DNA of 62,463 bases, taken from a virus. Taxonomy: Duplodnaviria > Caudoviricetes. Below the pieces are notes generated by a model, which worked only from the letters and a program-made list of their open reading frames with translations, was not told where the DNA came from and searched no databases. Shown here in pieces: positions 26,833 through 37,415 of this stretch. Where the stretch lies: positions 1 through 62,463 of IMG/VR virus record IMGVR_UViG_3300046780_000362; one strand, 5' to 3'. The translations under genes were made by a program, and so were the position numbers. Position 1 is the stretch's first letter. Each line of letters opens with the position of its first letter.

Positions 26833-28462
26833 AAGCGTGATCGGCGAGCCGCGACAGCTCGACATGAAGCAATGGCGCTCGTGTGCCATTGACCCGCGCG
26901 CCTTCGGTGCGTGGTACTCGGGAGGCTATGCGCCCACCGAGATCTCGCTCGGGATCGCTTTCGTGTCCGTGTGCGGACCGCTCGATCATCATCAAGGGTG
27001 GTGGCTCGATTCGTACGATTCGATCGTGTGCCGCGTAGACGATGCGCTCGCGGACCCGGACGTGCGCGCCGTCGTGATGGTGTTCGACACGCCGGGCGGT
27101 GACGCCTCGGGGGTGGAAGAAGCCGCACGCAAGATCAAGGCGATGCGACTCGCGGCGGACAAGCCGATCTACGGGTACTCGAACGAGGCGTGCTACAGCG
27201 CCGGGTACTGGCTCGCGTCCGCGTGTGACGAGATATGGCTTCCGCCCACGGGCGGGGTCGGCTCCGTTGGCGTGATCGCCGAAGCGTACGACTTCACAGC
27301 ACACAACGCGGAGCACGGTATACGCGTCGAGCTCATTACGACCGGCAAGCAAAAAGCCGACGGCCATCCGGACCGACCGCTTACGGACGAAATCGTCGCC
27401 CGGATTCAGGACCGCGTCAACAAGATCGGCGCGATCTTCTTCGCTTCGGTGGCCGAAGGCCGGGGCATGAAACCCGAGGCGGTCGAAGCACTTCAGGCCG
27501 GTACGTTCCTCGGAGTGGACGCGGTGTCCGCGGGCCTCGCGGACGGCGTGCAGGGCTTCGATCAGTTTCTCGAAAACGTTCGTTCCGAGGTCGGAATTGA
27601 CACCGGCAAGAATCGTGCCACAACTAAGGACAGCACAATGGCGCTCAAAGACATCGCGAAGATCAATGCAGCCGTGACCGCGGCGAAGACCGCGCTCGAC
27701 GCGGCGAAGACCGACGACGAGATCGCCACCGCTGCAGCGGCGTATGCGTCCGCTGTCGACGCGAAGGTGAAGTACTCGAAGCGCACGCGCACCGACGAAC
27801 TCACCGAAGACGACGGCAAGGATGACGGCGACGACGGGGACGACGACGCGCCCCCTTCGAGCAAGCCCGGCAAAAAGGACGACGAAGAGAAGAGCGAGTC
27901 CGACGACGAGGGGGAGGACGCGAAGGCGGCCGCTCGCGCCGCGGCCTTGAAGGCTCTCGGCGCCGCAGACGGTAGCCAGGCTGCGAACCTGTACGACCGC
28001 GTGGTCGCGCTCACGGGCAAGTCCGATCTCGGTGAGGCGCTCGGCGCCATTGACGGGATCTCGGTTCGGCTCGGTGCGGTGTCCGCGCTCGAATCGCGCG
28101 TCGCAAAGATCGAGTCCACGTCGCGAGAGACCAGCGTCGGCGCCATGCTGAAGGCGGCCGCGAAGGACGGGCGGATCGAACCCGGCCAGGTCGAACACCT
28201 CCGCGCCCAGGGCATGAAGGATCCAAAGTGGCTGAAAGGCTACCTCGCGAGCATCACGGGCAGGGTCGTGCGCACCATCGACGAAGAAGCCGCGAAGCCA
28301 AAGGCCGTGCAAGGCGACCTGTCGATCGAAACCATGAGCGTCGAAGAGCGCAAGATGTACGAGGCTTCGGCCGCGAGCGTCGGCCTCACGCTCGACCAAT
28401 TCCTGACGCACGCGAAAGATTTCGCCGCGAAGAACCTCGGAGCGGCTCGGCCGACTCACTGA
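26822..28462 (+). CDS. Head maturation protease (S49 SppA/ClpP-like) fused to scaffold
   Basis: DTPGG, ACYSAGYWLASAC, VGSVGV; acidic linker and helical C-terminus. Confidence 0.9.
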   Translation: MKTKSVIGEPRQLDMKQWRSCAIDPRAFGAWYSGGYAPTEISLGIAFVSVCGPLDHHQGWWLDSYDSIVCRVDDALADPDVRAVVMVFDTPGGDASGVEEAARKIKAMRLAADKPIYGYSNEACYSAGYWLASACDEIWLPPTGGVGSVGVIAEAYDFTAHNAEHGIRVELITTGKQKADGHPDRPLTDEIVARIQDRVNKIGAIFFASVAEGRGMKPEAVEALQAGTFLGVDAVSAGLADGVQGFDQFLENVRSEVGIDTGKNRATTKDSTMALKDIAKINAAVTAAKTALDAAKTDDEIATAAAAYASAVDAKVKYSKRTRTDELTEDDGKDDGDDGDDDAPPSSKPGKKDDEEKSESDDEGEDAKAAARAAALKALGAADGSQAANLYDRVVALTGKSDLGEALGAIDGISVRLGAVSALESRVAKIESTSRETSVGAMLKAAAKDGRIEPGQVEHLRAQGMKDPKWLKGYLASITGRVVRTIDEEAAKPKAVQGDLSIETMSVEERKMYEASAASVGLTLDQFLTHAKDFAAKNLGAARPTH

Positions 28463-28491
28463 TCAGAACCCGAAGGACATAGAGAACTACC

Positions 28492-29577
28492 ATGACCGCC
28501 GCAAATTCCGATCAGATCCACCCGCAGTACGGTACGCCGGACGACGTCGTGCCCAAGCTCATCTCGCTCCCCGTCGCTGCGACGACCACGATCTACGCCG
28601 GAACCATGGTCGCGACTGACGCGGCCGGTAACGCCGTGCCAGCGACCGCGTCCACCGCACTCAAGCTGTGGGGCCGCGCTGAACTTCAGGTCGTGAACAA
28701 CCCCGGCGCCGCCGGTGACAAGCGCGTCAACGTTCGTGCAGGCGTGTTCGCCATGACGAACTCGGGCGCGGGCGTCGACCTCATCGCGGCCGCCAACGTC
28801 GGCTCCGCGTGTTACGCGGTCGACGACAACGTGGTGGCGCTCACGGACGGCAACGGCTCGCGGCCGTTCGCCGGCATCATCTTCCCGTTCGACCCGAACG
28901 CACCCACGAAGGTGCAGGTCGGAATGAGCGTTGCCTTCCCGGCCTCGTCGTCCACGGCAGGGGGCGCGAGCGCGTTCAAGGCGCGCGGCGCGGCGTTCAC
29001 GAACCACTCGCTCACGGCGTTCACCGTCGCGACGAACACGGACGGTATCACGTACGTCGCCGGCGACGTCGTGCTCCTCACGGCGCAGACCGCGCCGGCC
29101 GAGAACGGCCCGTACGTGGTCGGCACTGTCGCGACCACGGCACCGCTCTCGCGGCCGTCGTGGTGGGCCACGGGCGCGCAGATCACGCAAGGCCAGACGA
29201 TCCAGGTCGGTGGCGAAGGCACGATCTTCGGCGGCTCGGAGTGGAAGGCGCTTTGCGCGAAGGCGAAGATCGTCGGAACCGACGACCCGGTGTTCTACCC
29301 GCGCGTGAGCAAGGGGACCGTTACCCTGGCCTCCGGTACGATCACGCTCGGCGCAACGCAAGGGCTCTTCCTGAAGAGCGTTACGGCGTCGTCGATCCTG
29401 ATCACCCGCAACACGAAGGGCGCAGGTACCGTCGCCGTCGAGTACTACGCCCCGTCCGCGAGCCGTACCGCCGGTGTGTCCGGCACTGCGGCCGCAGTGA
29501 TCAACGCGGCCGTCGCCGCGGGTACGCTCGACAACACGGATACGAGCACCGTCGATTTCGTCGTAACGAACTGGTGA
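28492..29577 (+). CDS. Head decoration/cement protein with C-terminal extension
   Basis: PVAATTTIYAGTMV...CYAVDDNVV; lies between protease and capsid genes. Confidence 0.7.
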   Translation: MTAANSDQIHPQYGTPDDVVPKLISLPVAATTTIYAGTMVATDAAGNAVPATASTALKLWGRAELQVVNNPGAAGDKRVNVRAGVFAMTNSGAGVDLIAAANVGSACYAVDDNVVALTDGNGSRPFAGIIFPFDPNAPTKVQVGMSVAFPASSSTAGGASAFKARGAAFTNHSLTAFTVATNTDGITYVAGDVVLLTAQTAPAENGPYVVGTVATTAPLSRPSWWATGAQITQGQTIQVGGEGTIFGGSEWKALCAKAKIVGTDDPVFYPRVSKGTVTLASGTITLGATQGLFLKSVTASSILITRNTKGAGTVAVEYYAPSASRTAGVSGTAAAVINAAVAAGTLDNTDTSTVDFVVTNW

Positions 29578-29612
29578 TCGCGAGACCCTGAAGGACACAA
29601 CAGAGAACCCAA

Positions 29613-30593
29613 ATGGACATCACCGCACCGAATCAGCTACTCGCGTTTTTCACCAGCGTGAACACCACGTTGACGCTCGCGTACACGACCACCGAGACGT
29701 GGAACCAGAAGGTCGCGACGCTCATTCCGACGGGCACCGAACAGCACCTCGAAGGGTGGACGGGCATGGGTCGCACCATGCGCGAGTGGGTCGGCTCCCG
29801 CGTGACGGAAGCGCCCGCGCCGCAAACGTACCTCGTCCCCGTGCAGAACTGGGAGCTCACCGAGAGCTTCGACATGTTCAAAATGCAGGACGATCACCTC
29901 GGCCTGCTCTCGCATCGCCCCGCACAGCTCGGCATGAACATCAAGAAAAACTCTGACTTCATTCTCAGAGACTTGCTCGAGAACGCGAAGAGCCAAACGG
30001 GCTTCCGCCAGAAGGGTCTCGACGGCCTGAATCACTGGTCGGCCTCGCATCCGGTCGACTTCTACGATTCGAGCAAGGGCACCTACTGCAACGACTTCGG
30101 TGCGGGCGGTGTGTCGATCGGTGGCATCACGACCGGTGGTATCCTGGCGCTGAACGCCTACGCGACCGTCTGGCAGGAGATGGCCTCGCGCAAGTCGGAG
30201 TCCGGAGAGAAGCTCGGCCTTGCGCCGGACACCCTCATGGTTCCGAACCAGCTGAAAGCGACGGCCACCACGTTGCTGCAAGCCCAGTTCATCGGCTTCC
30301 CCACGCTCGGCAACCTCACCGGCATGGTCGGGGCGACCGAGAACACGCAGCGCGGCACCGCCGATCTGCTCGTGAACCCGGACCTCTCGAGCGTGGCCGC
30401 GTGGTACCTCCTCGTTACCAAGATGGCGCGCAAGCCGTTCTCGGTGATCATGCGCCAGGCCGCACAGTTTCTCATGCGGAACTCGCCCACGGACCCGATC
30501 GTGTTCGACCAGCACGCGTTCCTCTACGGCGCGCACGAACGCTCCACGGTCGCGTGGTCGTTCGCCTGGCTCTCTTCGCGCTCGGGCGTCTGA
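29613..30593 (+). CDS. Major capsid protein (Mu gpT-like)
   Basis: MREWVGSR, NWELT, P.TLMVP..L, AWYLL, FLYGAHER. Confidence 0.9.
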   Translation: MDITAPNQLLAFFTSVNTTLTLAYTTTETWNQKVATLIPTGTEQHLEGWTGMGRTMREWVGSRVTEAPAPQTYLVPVQNWELTESFDMFKMQDDHLGLLSHRPAQLGMNIKKNSDFILRDLLENAKSQTGFRQKGLDGLNHWSASHPVDFYDSSKGTYCNDFGAGGVSIGGITTGGILALNAYATVWQEMASRKSESGEKLGLAPDTLMVPNQLKATATTLLQAQFIGFPTLGNLTGMVGATENTQRGTADLLVNPDLSSVAAWYLLVTKMARKPFSVIMRQAAQFLMRNSPTDPIVFDQHAFLYGAHERSTVAWSFAWLSSRSGV

Positions 30594-30605
30594 TGCGGGG
30601 CTCGT

Positions 30606-31043
30606 ATGAGCTCGTACGCGTCTCTCGCTGACCTGTACAAGTACGGGGCCCCGGCAACTGCGTTCGGGGTCCTGTCCGGTGCGGACCAGCAAGCGGGGCT
30701 CGACGAGGCGTCCGCCAAGATCGACGAGTTCTTGGCGGCGCGGTACCCGCTCCCCCTCATCTCGTGGCCGGTCTCGATCACCGAGTACGCCGCTCGCATC
30801 GCCGCGTACAACCTCCTCTCGGTCCGCGGGTACAACCCGGCGATCGGAAACGAGGGGGACACGAGTCTCAAGAGCCGGTACGACGATGCGATCCGACAGC
30901 TCACCCTGATTCAGAAACAGCAAATGCACCCCGCCGTCGTAGCCCAGCCGAACCAGGCGCCCACGTACGAACAGCCGGCGGTGTACACGTCGAGCGTCGT
31001 GAGCCTCGGCACCGGTGGCACCGACACAACGCGGGGGTGGTGA
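30606..31043 (+). CDS. Head-tail adaptor (Mu gp36/DUF1320-like)
   Basis: YASLADL..AS.KID.FL..RYPLPL..RYDDAI. Confidence 0.8.
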   Translation: MSSYASLADLYKYGAPATAFGVLSGADQQAGLDEASAKIDEFLAARYPLPLISWPVSITEYAARIAAYNLLSVRGYNPAIGNEGDTSLKSRYDDAIRQLTLIQKQQMHPAVVAQPNQAPTYEQPAVYTSSVVSLGTGGTDTTRGW

Positions 31044-31047
31044 CGTC

Positions 31048-31323
31048 ATGATGCAAGGCAAGTACACGTATGCAGCCGGGGCCTCGGGAACGGTCACGCT
31101 CGCCACGGGCGCCACGCTAAAACAGATCGTTGCGCACTCGACTGCGGGCGGCACGATCACGATCTTCGGCGGGGCCTCGATCCCGATCATTGCTGGCACC
31201 GCGATCGCGCTCCGGTTCATCCACGACAACGCCGTGGCGGGGGAGACTTCGACCGCGAGCGCCGCGATCGTGTTCACCGGGACGGATTCGTACTACGTCG
31301 AAACGATCGGCTCGGGGTACTGA
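31048..31323 (+). CDS. Hypothetical virion protein
   Basis: Beta-rich small ORF in the structural operon. Confidence 0.55.
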   Translation: MMQGKYTYAAGASGTVTLATGATLKQIVAHSTAGGTITIFGGASIPIIAGTAIALRFIHDNAVAGETSTASAAIVFTGTDSYYVETIGSGY

Positions 31324-31761
31324 ATGGCGATCACGGGCGACTTCGTGGGACTGTCGCAACTTGGCCGGAACATCGCCGGCCTTGCACGCGTTCCATCGAA
31401 GGTCGCCCCGCTCGCCTCGGCCTCCATCAAGTGGGAGGTCGAGCTAGAGTTCTCGCGCGGCCGCGACCCGTACGGTCGCCCGTGGGCGCCGCTCCGCCCG
31501 AGCACGATTGCCCGCGGCCGCCGTCCGCCACCGCTCACCGATACGTGGAAGATGCGAGGCGGGATCGACGTCAAGCCACTCCCCGGAGCGGGCCTCGCGA
31601 TCACGTTCGCCGACGCAGTCCCAGCCGTGTACCACCAAAACGGCACGCGCTACATGGCGCGCCGTCCGATCCTCCCTACCGGCGCCTTTCCAAAACGCTG
31701 GTCGGACGCGCTCGAGCGCGCCACGCAGGCCACGATCGACAACGCAATGCGGGGGAAGTGA
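31324..31761 (+). CDS. Virion morphogenesis protein (Mu gpG/P2 gpS-like)
   Basis: DPYGRPWAPL, LTDT, YHQNGT..MARRPILP. Confidence 0.85.
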   Translation: MAITGDFVGLSQLGRNIAGLARVPSKVAPLASASIKWEVELEFSRGRDPYGRPWAPLRPSTIARGRRPPPLTDTWKMRGGIDVKPLPGAGLAITFADAVPAVYHQNGTRYMARRPILPTGAFPKRWSDALERATQATIDNAMRGK

Positions 31762-32372
31762 TGGCCGTTGTTACGGGCGTCACGTCGCTACTCGGTGCGA
31801 TCTCGGCCGCGGTCGTGACCCGGCTGTCGGACGCGGGATACCCGCCCCTCGTCGCCGGCGGGATCTTGCTCGGTGAACAGCACCTTGCAGAGAACGACGC
31901 ACCGCCGAAGATCGTGATGATTCCGCACTCGTCGCGGTACTCTTCAAAGGACGTGAGCGGGGCGCGGCCGCTCACGATCTCCACGCCATACGCGGCCGAA
32001 CAGCTCACGCAGATCTCGAACCGTTCTGTTCTCACCGACGAGCTCACCTTCGAGGTTCATTGTTGGGGGACCACGGCCGTTCGAACGAACCCGGCCACGA
32101 TCCCGAACGACGATTACGACTACACGCGACAGCTTGCGCATTGCCTCATTGCCGCGGTGGATGACTGCGCCCGTGGCGTGTTCACGATTGAACCGGGGCT
32201 ATGGACGCGGCAAGGCGTGGTCACGCTCGGCCGAGAGTTCGTGTTCGGGATCACGCTCAACACCCCGGTTCTTACGCAACTTCTCCCGTTCGTGCCCCCC
32301 GGTACGGTCGGACAAGCAACAGTCGTGCCAAACGGGTCGACAGGTGATTCTGTCGTGATACCCTTAGGATGA
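31761..32372 (+). CDS. Putative tail terminator
   Basis: Position before the sheath gene; size. Confidence 0.55.
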   Translation: MAVVTGVTSLLGAISAAVVTRLSDAGYPPLVAGGILLGEQHLAENDAPPKIVMIPHSSRYSSKDVSGARPLTISTPYAAEQLTQISNRSVLTDELTFEVHCWGTTAVRTNPATIPNDDYDYTRQLAHCLIAAVDDCARGVFTIEPGLWTRQGVVTLGREFVFGITLNTPVLTQLLPFVPPGTVGQATVVPNGSTGDSVVIPLG

Positions 32373-32376
32373 AACC

Positions 32377-33885
32377 ATGGCCACCGGTGAAGCAAATATT
32401 ACAGTTCTAGACGGCGGCGGATCGATCGTCGTTCCGGGGTCGCAGGTTCAGCTCGTGATCGGGTGCTGCTCCGCCGGCGTGGCGAACCAGATCACCGCGG
32501 TTTCGCAGATCAACGCGCTTACGACGGCCGTGGGCGTTGGCCCTGGCCCCGAGGCGGCGGCCCTGTCCATCGCCTCCGGCGGTGTCGTGGTCTACATCAA
32601 GCCGACGCAGAACGCCGCGGGCACGGCAACGGCCGTCGTGTTCACGGGCACTGGCTCGAGCGTCATCACGATCACGCTCGACGGCACCGTCGGCGCGTTC
32701 GACGATTACAACCTCGTGTACAAGTGCGTCAACGGCGGCACGCGTGGCACCACGGGCGTCACCTTCCAGATCTCGCTAGACGCCGGCCGCTCGTACGGCC
32801 CGGTGATCGCGCTCCTCACCGCGACGACGTACGCGATCCCGTCCACGGGTATCACGCTCAACTTCGGTGTCGGCACCATGGTTGCGGGCGACCTCGCGAA
32901 GGCGTCGACGGCGGGTCCGTCGTGGGCCGTCGCGAACATTCAAAGCGCACTCAACGTGTTCGCCGCGAGCGCGTACGCAAACACGGGCGTCGGTTCAATC
33001 CACGTTGTGGGTGCGAGCACGGGCGCCGGCGGGCAGAGTGCTGGCGCCACGGGCGCGAACGCCACGTCGATCCAGGGCTACTTGGATACGCTCGTGGTCG
33101 GGTTCTCCTACAACCGGTTGATCGTGTCGGCGCGCGACGCGCTGACTCCCACCGCCTTCGGTGGTTCGGGTGAAACCGAAGCGACGTGGCTCACCGCCGT
33201 ATCGCTCGACTACTCGACGGTTTCAACGAAGCGCGTGGGCGCGGGTCTCGGCTACTACAACATGCAGAGCCAGATCCCGAACACCGCCGCGGGAGCGCCG
33301 CGCTACCGCCGGCCGCTCGCGTGGGCGTGGGCCGCTCGCCTCGTGACGATTCCCCCGCAGCGCCACGCCGGCCGCGTCCGGGACGGGTCCCTCTCGTTCA
33401 TCATCGTGGACCCGACGAACGACTCCAAAGACGGGTTCATCTATCACGACGAGGCGGTCACGCAGGTCGGCGAACAGCGGTTCACCACGGCGCGTTCGCG
33501 CCGCGGCCTCCAGGGTTACTACCTGTCTACCGACAACCTCATGGCTCCGACCGGGTCCGACTTCGCACTCCGCCCCCGCGGTAGCGTGATGGACGTGGCG
33601 TGCCAGATCACGCATCAGGTCGGCTCGCTGCAGATCAACAGCGATCTTCGCACGACCCCCGCGGGCACGCTGTACCCGCCAGACGCGGCGGCCATCGCGG
33701 CCGAGATCAATACGGCGCTGAACTCGAGCATGGTTGCCGTCGGAATGGTCACCGCGGCGCGCGCGGTCGTGGACCTCACGAATAACGTGCAGCTCACGAG
33801 CACGGTGCTCATCAACGTGACGATCCAGGGTCGCGCGTACGTGCTCACCGAAACCATCTCGATCGGCTTCGGCCAGGTCTCCTGA
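32377..33885 (+). CDS. Tail sheath protein
   Basis: 502 aa; GRVRDGSL, GYY...LMAP.GSDF; precedes the tube gene. Confidence 0.8.
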   Translation: MATGEANITVLDGGGSIVVPGSQVQLVIGCCSAGVANQITAVSQINALTTAVGVGPGPEAAALSIASGGVVVYIKPTQNAAGTATAVVFTGTGSSVITITLDGTVGAFDDYNLVYKCVNGGTRGTTGVTFQISLDAGRSYGPVIALLTATTYAIPSTGITLNFGVGTMVAGDLAKASTAGPSWAVANIQSALNVFAASAYANTGVGSIHVVGASTGAGGQSAGATGANATSIQGYLDTLVVGFSYNRLIVSARDALTPTAFGGSGETEATWLTAVSLDYSTVSTKRVGAGLGYYNMQSQIPNTAAGAPRYRRPLAWAWAARLVTIPPQRHAGRVRDGSLSFIIVDPTNDSKDGFIYHDEAVTQVGEQRFTTARSRRGLQGYYLSTDNLMAPTGSDFALRPRGSVMDVACQITHQVGSLQINSDLRTTPAGTLYPPDAAAIAAEINTALNSSMVAVGMVTAARAVVDLTNNVQLTSTVLINVTIQGRAYVLTETISIGFGQVS

Positions 33886-33895
33886 GGAAAGTAGC

Positions 33896-34381
33896 ATGGC
33901 AAGCCCCACCCCCATTCAGTACCCGTACATCAACGGCGTTCGCCACTCTTTCGCGAGCGTTGAGTTCAAGTTCAACGGGATTATCTTCATCGGGATCGCG
34001 AACATGAACTATTCGCGCACCCGCACGCGCACCATGGTGCGCGGCAACCACCCGGACCCGCTCGGCAAGACGATCGGCGAGAACGAGTACAGCGCCGATT
34101 GCGAGCTGTATCTGGCGGAGTGGAACCAGTTCCAAGCGTCTCTCGGCACGAATGGCGCGGGCTACGGCGACGATTCGTTCACGGCCACGTGCGTGTACAC
34201 GGCGAACGGCTTCGACATGATTACCGACACGATCCTTGGTTGCACGCTGGACGTGACGGAAGCCGCGCTCGCGAAGGGAACGGACCCCGTATCGCGGAAG
34301 ATCCAACTATCGCCTCTTAAGATCCTGTTTAACGGGCTCGACGATCTGGCCGTTCCGCTGGTCGCCCCAGCACAGACGTGA
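33896..34381 (+). CDS. Tail tube protein
   Basis: INGVRHSFASV...PLGKTIG; follows the sheath gene. Confidence 0.8.
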   Translation: MASPTPIQYPYINGVRHSFASVEFKFNGIIFIGIANMNYSRTRTRTMVRGNHPDPLGKTIGENEYSADCELYLAEWNQFQASLGTNGAGYGDDSFTATCVYTANGFDMITDTILGCTLDVTEAALAKGTDPVSRKIQLSPLKILFNGLDDLAVPLVAPAQT

Positions 34382-34811
34382 GCGGGTACCACGTGATCGC
34401 CTCTCGCCGGCAGTAGGTTCTGTGCCGGTGGCACTGCACGCATACGAGATCGCACTTCGCCATTTCTCGACGCATGCGCGTGAACGAGAGGTGGTAGTTC
34501 ACGCACACGCCACCTCGGTCTTTCGTGGTTCCTTCGCGGTGATCGAAGTCCATGAGCCAGTGAGGGAACGTCCGCGCGCAATCGAGGCACGGCGTGGACC
34601 CCTTGTGAAAGCGTAACCAGTCGGCGCGTTTCTGCGCACTTTCATTGCACAGTCGCCGTTCGTTTACTCGGTACGCCTTGCGCCCGCTAGCGCGGCACGC
34701 GCGGCACATGTGGAGGTACCCATCTTTGCTGTTTGGCGCTCGGTGAAACTCCGTGATCGGTTTTTCCGCGTCGCACCACTGGCACATTTTACGATCGACC
34801 ATGCGGAGCAA
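34329..34811 (-). mobile_element. Free-standing HNH homing endonuclease
   Basis: CQWC..CRAC zinc ribbon, CLDC..MDFDH..KCDLVCVQCH; antisense inside the tail operon. Confidence 0.75.
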
Positions 34812-34986
34812 TATGCGCGATCACGCGCGCCCATTCAAGGGGTTTCACCGCTGGACATTCGTGCGCACAGGTGCCACATTTGAGTGACATTATTCTCTTG
34901 CGTGCGCGGGTACGCCGCGCACCGGACACCGCCGTCATTGGTACACAAGAGGGCGGTTTCCTTTTCAACTCGAAAGGAAACCACAC

Positions 34987-35313
34987 ATGCTCTCGACCCA
35001 AGAATTGGACAAGCTCCGCGAGGAAAACCCCGCGGGCATCGTGCATCTCATCGGTACCGGCAACAAGTGGGAGTGCGTCTTCCGCGCCCCGCGCCGCGCC
35101 GAGTACAAGATGTTCCGCGCGAATTGCCACAACGATGCGCGTAAGGCGGACGCCAACGAAGTGCTGGCGAAACAGTGCTGCGTGTACCCGCCGTCGCGTG
35201 ACGCGTTCGACGCGTTGCTGGACGTGTTCCCCGCAATCCCCGAAGCGCTCGCTACAGACGACGACTTCAAAGCCATGACGGGGGTCACCGTCGAGGAGGG
35301 TTCAAAACAGTAG
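34987..35313 (+). CDS. Tail assembly chaperone
   Basis: AAGGA RBS; lies between tube and tape measure genes. Confidence 0.75.
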   Translation: MLSTQELDKLREENPAGIVHLIGTGNKWECVFRAPRRAEYKMFRANCHNDARKADANEVLAKQCCVYPPSRDAFDALLDVFPAIPEALATDDDFKAMTGVTVEEGSKQ

Positions 35314-35477
35314 CCACCTTGCGCACGAGTCAGCGCAAGGATTTTGGAGAACTCGCCGCGGGGCTCACCGCCTGGATCCGCGGCGACGACTCGGAAGTAA
35401 GTGAGGCGGCATCGGAGATCGTCGCGGAAGCATTGCTCGTCTATCTGAAACAGAACACGAAAGATTGAGAGAAACAC

Positions 35478-37415
35478 GTGGCCGGCCTAACGTTCAACAT
35501 CTCGCTCGCGGACCTCATCACGGGGCCGGCGAAGAAGATGCAAGCCGGCTTACTCGGTACGTCGAAGTCTCTGCTGGACGCAAACAAGAACGTCGTACTT
35601 CTCGAGAAGCAATTGAAGACGCTCGAGAACCAGATGGTGAAGAGTCAGGCGCTCGGCAACGCCGCGGCGTTCGATAAGCAGAGCAGGGCAGCGGCCACGC
35701 TCCGCGGCCACCTCGCGGGGCTCGACACGTCGCAGGTTCGGCTCGGTGAATCGATGAAGGAGCAGGCGGCCGCCACGGGGGTCGGTGCGGAAGCCATGGC
35801 CGGGTGGATCGGTATTGCGATCGCCGTGGTCGAAGTGATCGGCAAACTCGTGAAGGGGTTCGCCGATCTCGTTCTCGCTGGCGCGGCGTTCACCATTCAA
35901 TCCGTGCAGTCGAAGCAAGCGGCGCAGCAAATGTTTCGCGCCATGGCCGGCGGGAAGGCGGCGGGCGATCAGCTGTTTGGCATGATGGAAGACCTAGCCA
36001 CGCAACTCCCCCAGACGAAGGACGAACTCACGGCGTGGTCGAAAGAGTTCACGGCCATGGGGATCTTGAAACAGGACGCGCTCCGTACGGAGCTCCGCGC
36101 CACCGCGAGCGCCGCGGCGCTCATGGGCGACGAAGGCGCCGAAGCGTTCACGCTCCTGACGCGCAAGATCACAGAGAGCATCTCTACGACGGGTAAACTC
36201 AAGCTATCCGAAAAACAGCTAGCGTCACTGGCGAAGACCGGCGCGAACGTGGACGACGTGGCGAAGGCCATGGGCGTATCCACGAAGACCCTCGCCGCGC
36301 ACTTGAAAGCCGGGACGGTGAACGCCACCGCGTTTGGCGACGCGCTCAACAAGGCATTGATCGAGAAGGGCGGGTCCGCGCTCGATCGCATGCTCGGCGA
36401 CGTCGGAGTACTTCGAAAGAAGTTCGACGAGATGATCGGTGACATGTTCGAGGACGTGAACATTCAGCCCTTCATCGACTCGATGAAAGACCTCCTTTCC
36501 GTGTTCTCTCAGGCGCAGCCGAGTGGACAGGCCATGAGGGCCGGGATCATGGGGTTCTTCAATTCGTTTTTCGAGTGGTCGGCGAAGGCGGTGCTCATCG
36601 CCAAGCACATGTTCTTGGATCTCGAGATCTTCGCCTTGCGAGCGTACATCGCGATCAAGCCATACGCTGGCGTTCTGAAGGACATCGCGATCGGCGCCCT
36701 CGTCGTGGCGGGTGTCTTCGCGGCCGTGCTAGTTGGCGCGGTGCTCGGGGTTGTAGGGGCGCTTGCGATGCTAGTCGCGCCTTCGGTCGCGGCGGTCGCG
36801 GCCTTCGTGTGGCTGTATGACACGATCGTCAATTCGTGGGGGCAGATCACGGGGTTCGTTTCGGGCGTAGTTGCGGGCGTGCTCAATACGATCTCCGGGT
36901 GGCTGTCGTCGCTGTACGACCTCGGGGCTGAGATCTCGGAGTGGGCGATCGGCGCGGCCGCCGGGCTCGTGGAGGGTCTCGTCAATGGCATAGCGAACGG
37001 CACCGGCATGATCGTGGACGCGGTGAAAGGTCTCGCGCACAGCGCGATCAAGTCCTTCAAAGAGACGCTCGGGATCGCCTCGCCGTCCAAAGAGTTCATG
37101 AAGCTCGGTGACTTCACCGCGCGCGGCTTCAACATGGGGATCTCGGCGCAGAACGACAACGCGGCCGCGGCAACGGCGGGGCTCGCGCAAGCGGCCACCG
37201 ACGGCGCGACGCGCGGCGCGTCCGCTGCTCCCGCGGCGGGGCAAGCCGCGGCCGCTGGCGCGCCTGCGAAGGCCGGTGCGGGCGGCGTGACCATCGTTGT
37301 CGAGGCCGGAGCGATCGTGATCTCCGGCGCGGCGGGGGACGTGAACGCGCTCACCGAGCACGGCGTGTCCCTCTTGTTCGAGAAGATTGCTTTGATGCAA
37401 GGGGTGGCCGCGTGA
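35478..37415 (+). CDS. Tape measure protein
   Basis: 645 aa, Ala-rich helical with hydrophobic segments; LGIASPSK motif. Confidence 0.9.
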   Translation: MAGLTFNISLADLITGPAKKMQAGLLGTSKSLLDANKNVVLLEKQLKTLENQMVKSQALGNAAAFDKQSRAAATLRGHLAGLDTSQVRLGESMKEQAAATGVGAEAMAGWIGIAIAVVEVIGKLVKGFADLVLAGAAFTIQSVQSKQAAQQMFRAMAGGKAAGDQLFGMMEDLATQLPQTKDELTAWSKEFTAMGILKQDALRTELRATASAAALMGDEGAEAFTLLTRKITESISTTGKLKLSEKQLASLAKTGANVDDVAKAMGVSTKTLAAHLKAGTVNATAFGDALNKALIEKGGSALDRMLGDVGVLRKKFDEMIGDMFEDVNIQPFIDSMKDLLSVFSQAQPSGQAMRAGIMGFFNSFFEWSAKAVLIAKHMFLDLEIFALRAYIAIKPYAGVLKDIAIGALVVAGVFAAVLVGAVLGVVGALAMLVAPSVAAVAAFVWLYDTIVNSWGQITGFVSGVVAGVLNTISGWLSSLYDLGAEISEWAIGAAAGLVEGLVNGIANGTGMIVDAVKGLAHSAIKSFKETLGIASPSKEFMKLGDFTARGFNMGISAQNDNAAAATAGLAQAATDGATRGASAAPAAGQAAAAGAPAKAGAGGVTIVVEAGAIVISGAAGDVNALTEHGVSLLFEKIALMQGVAA

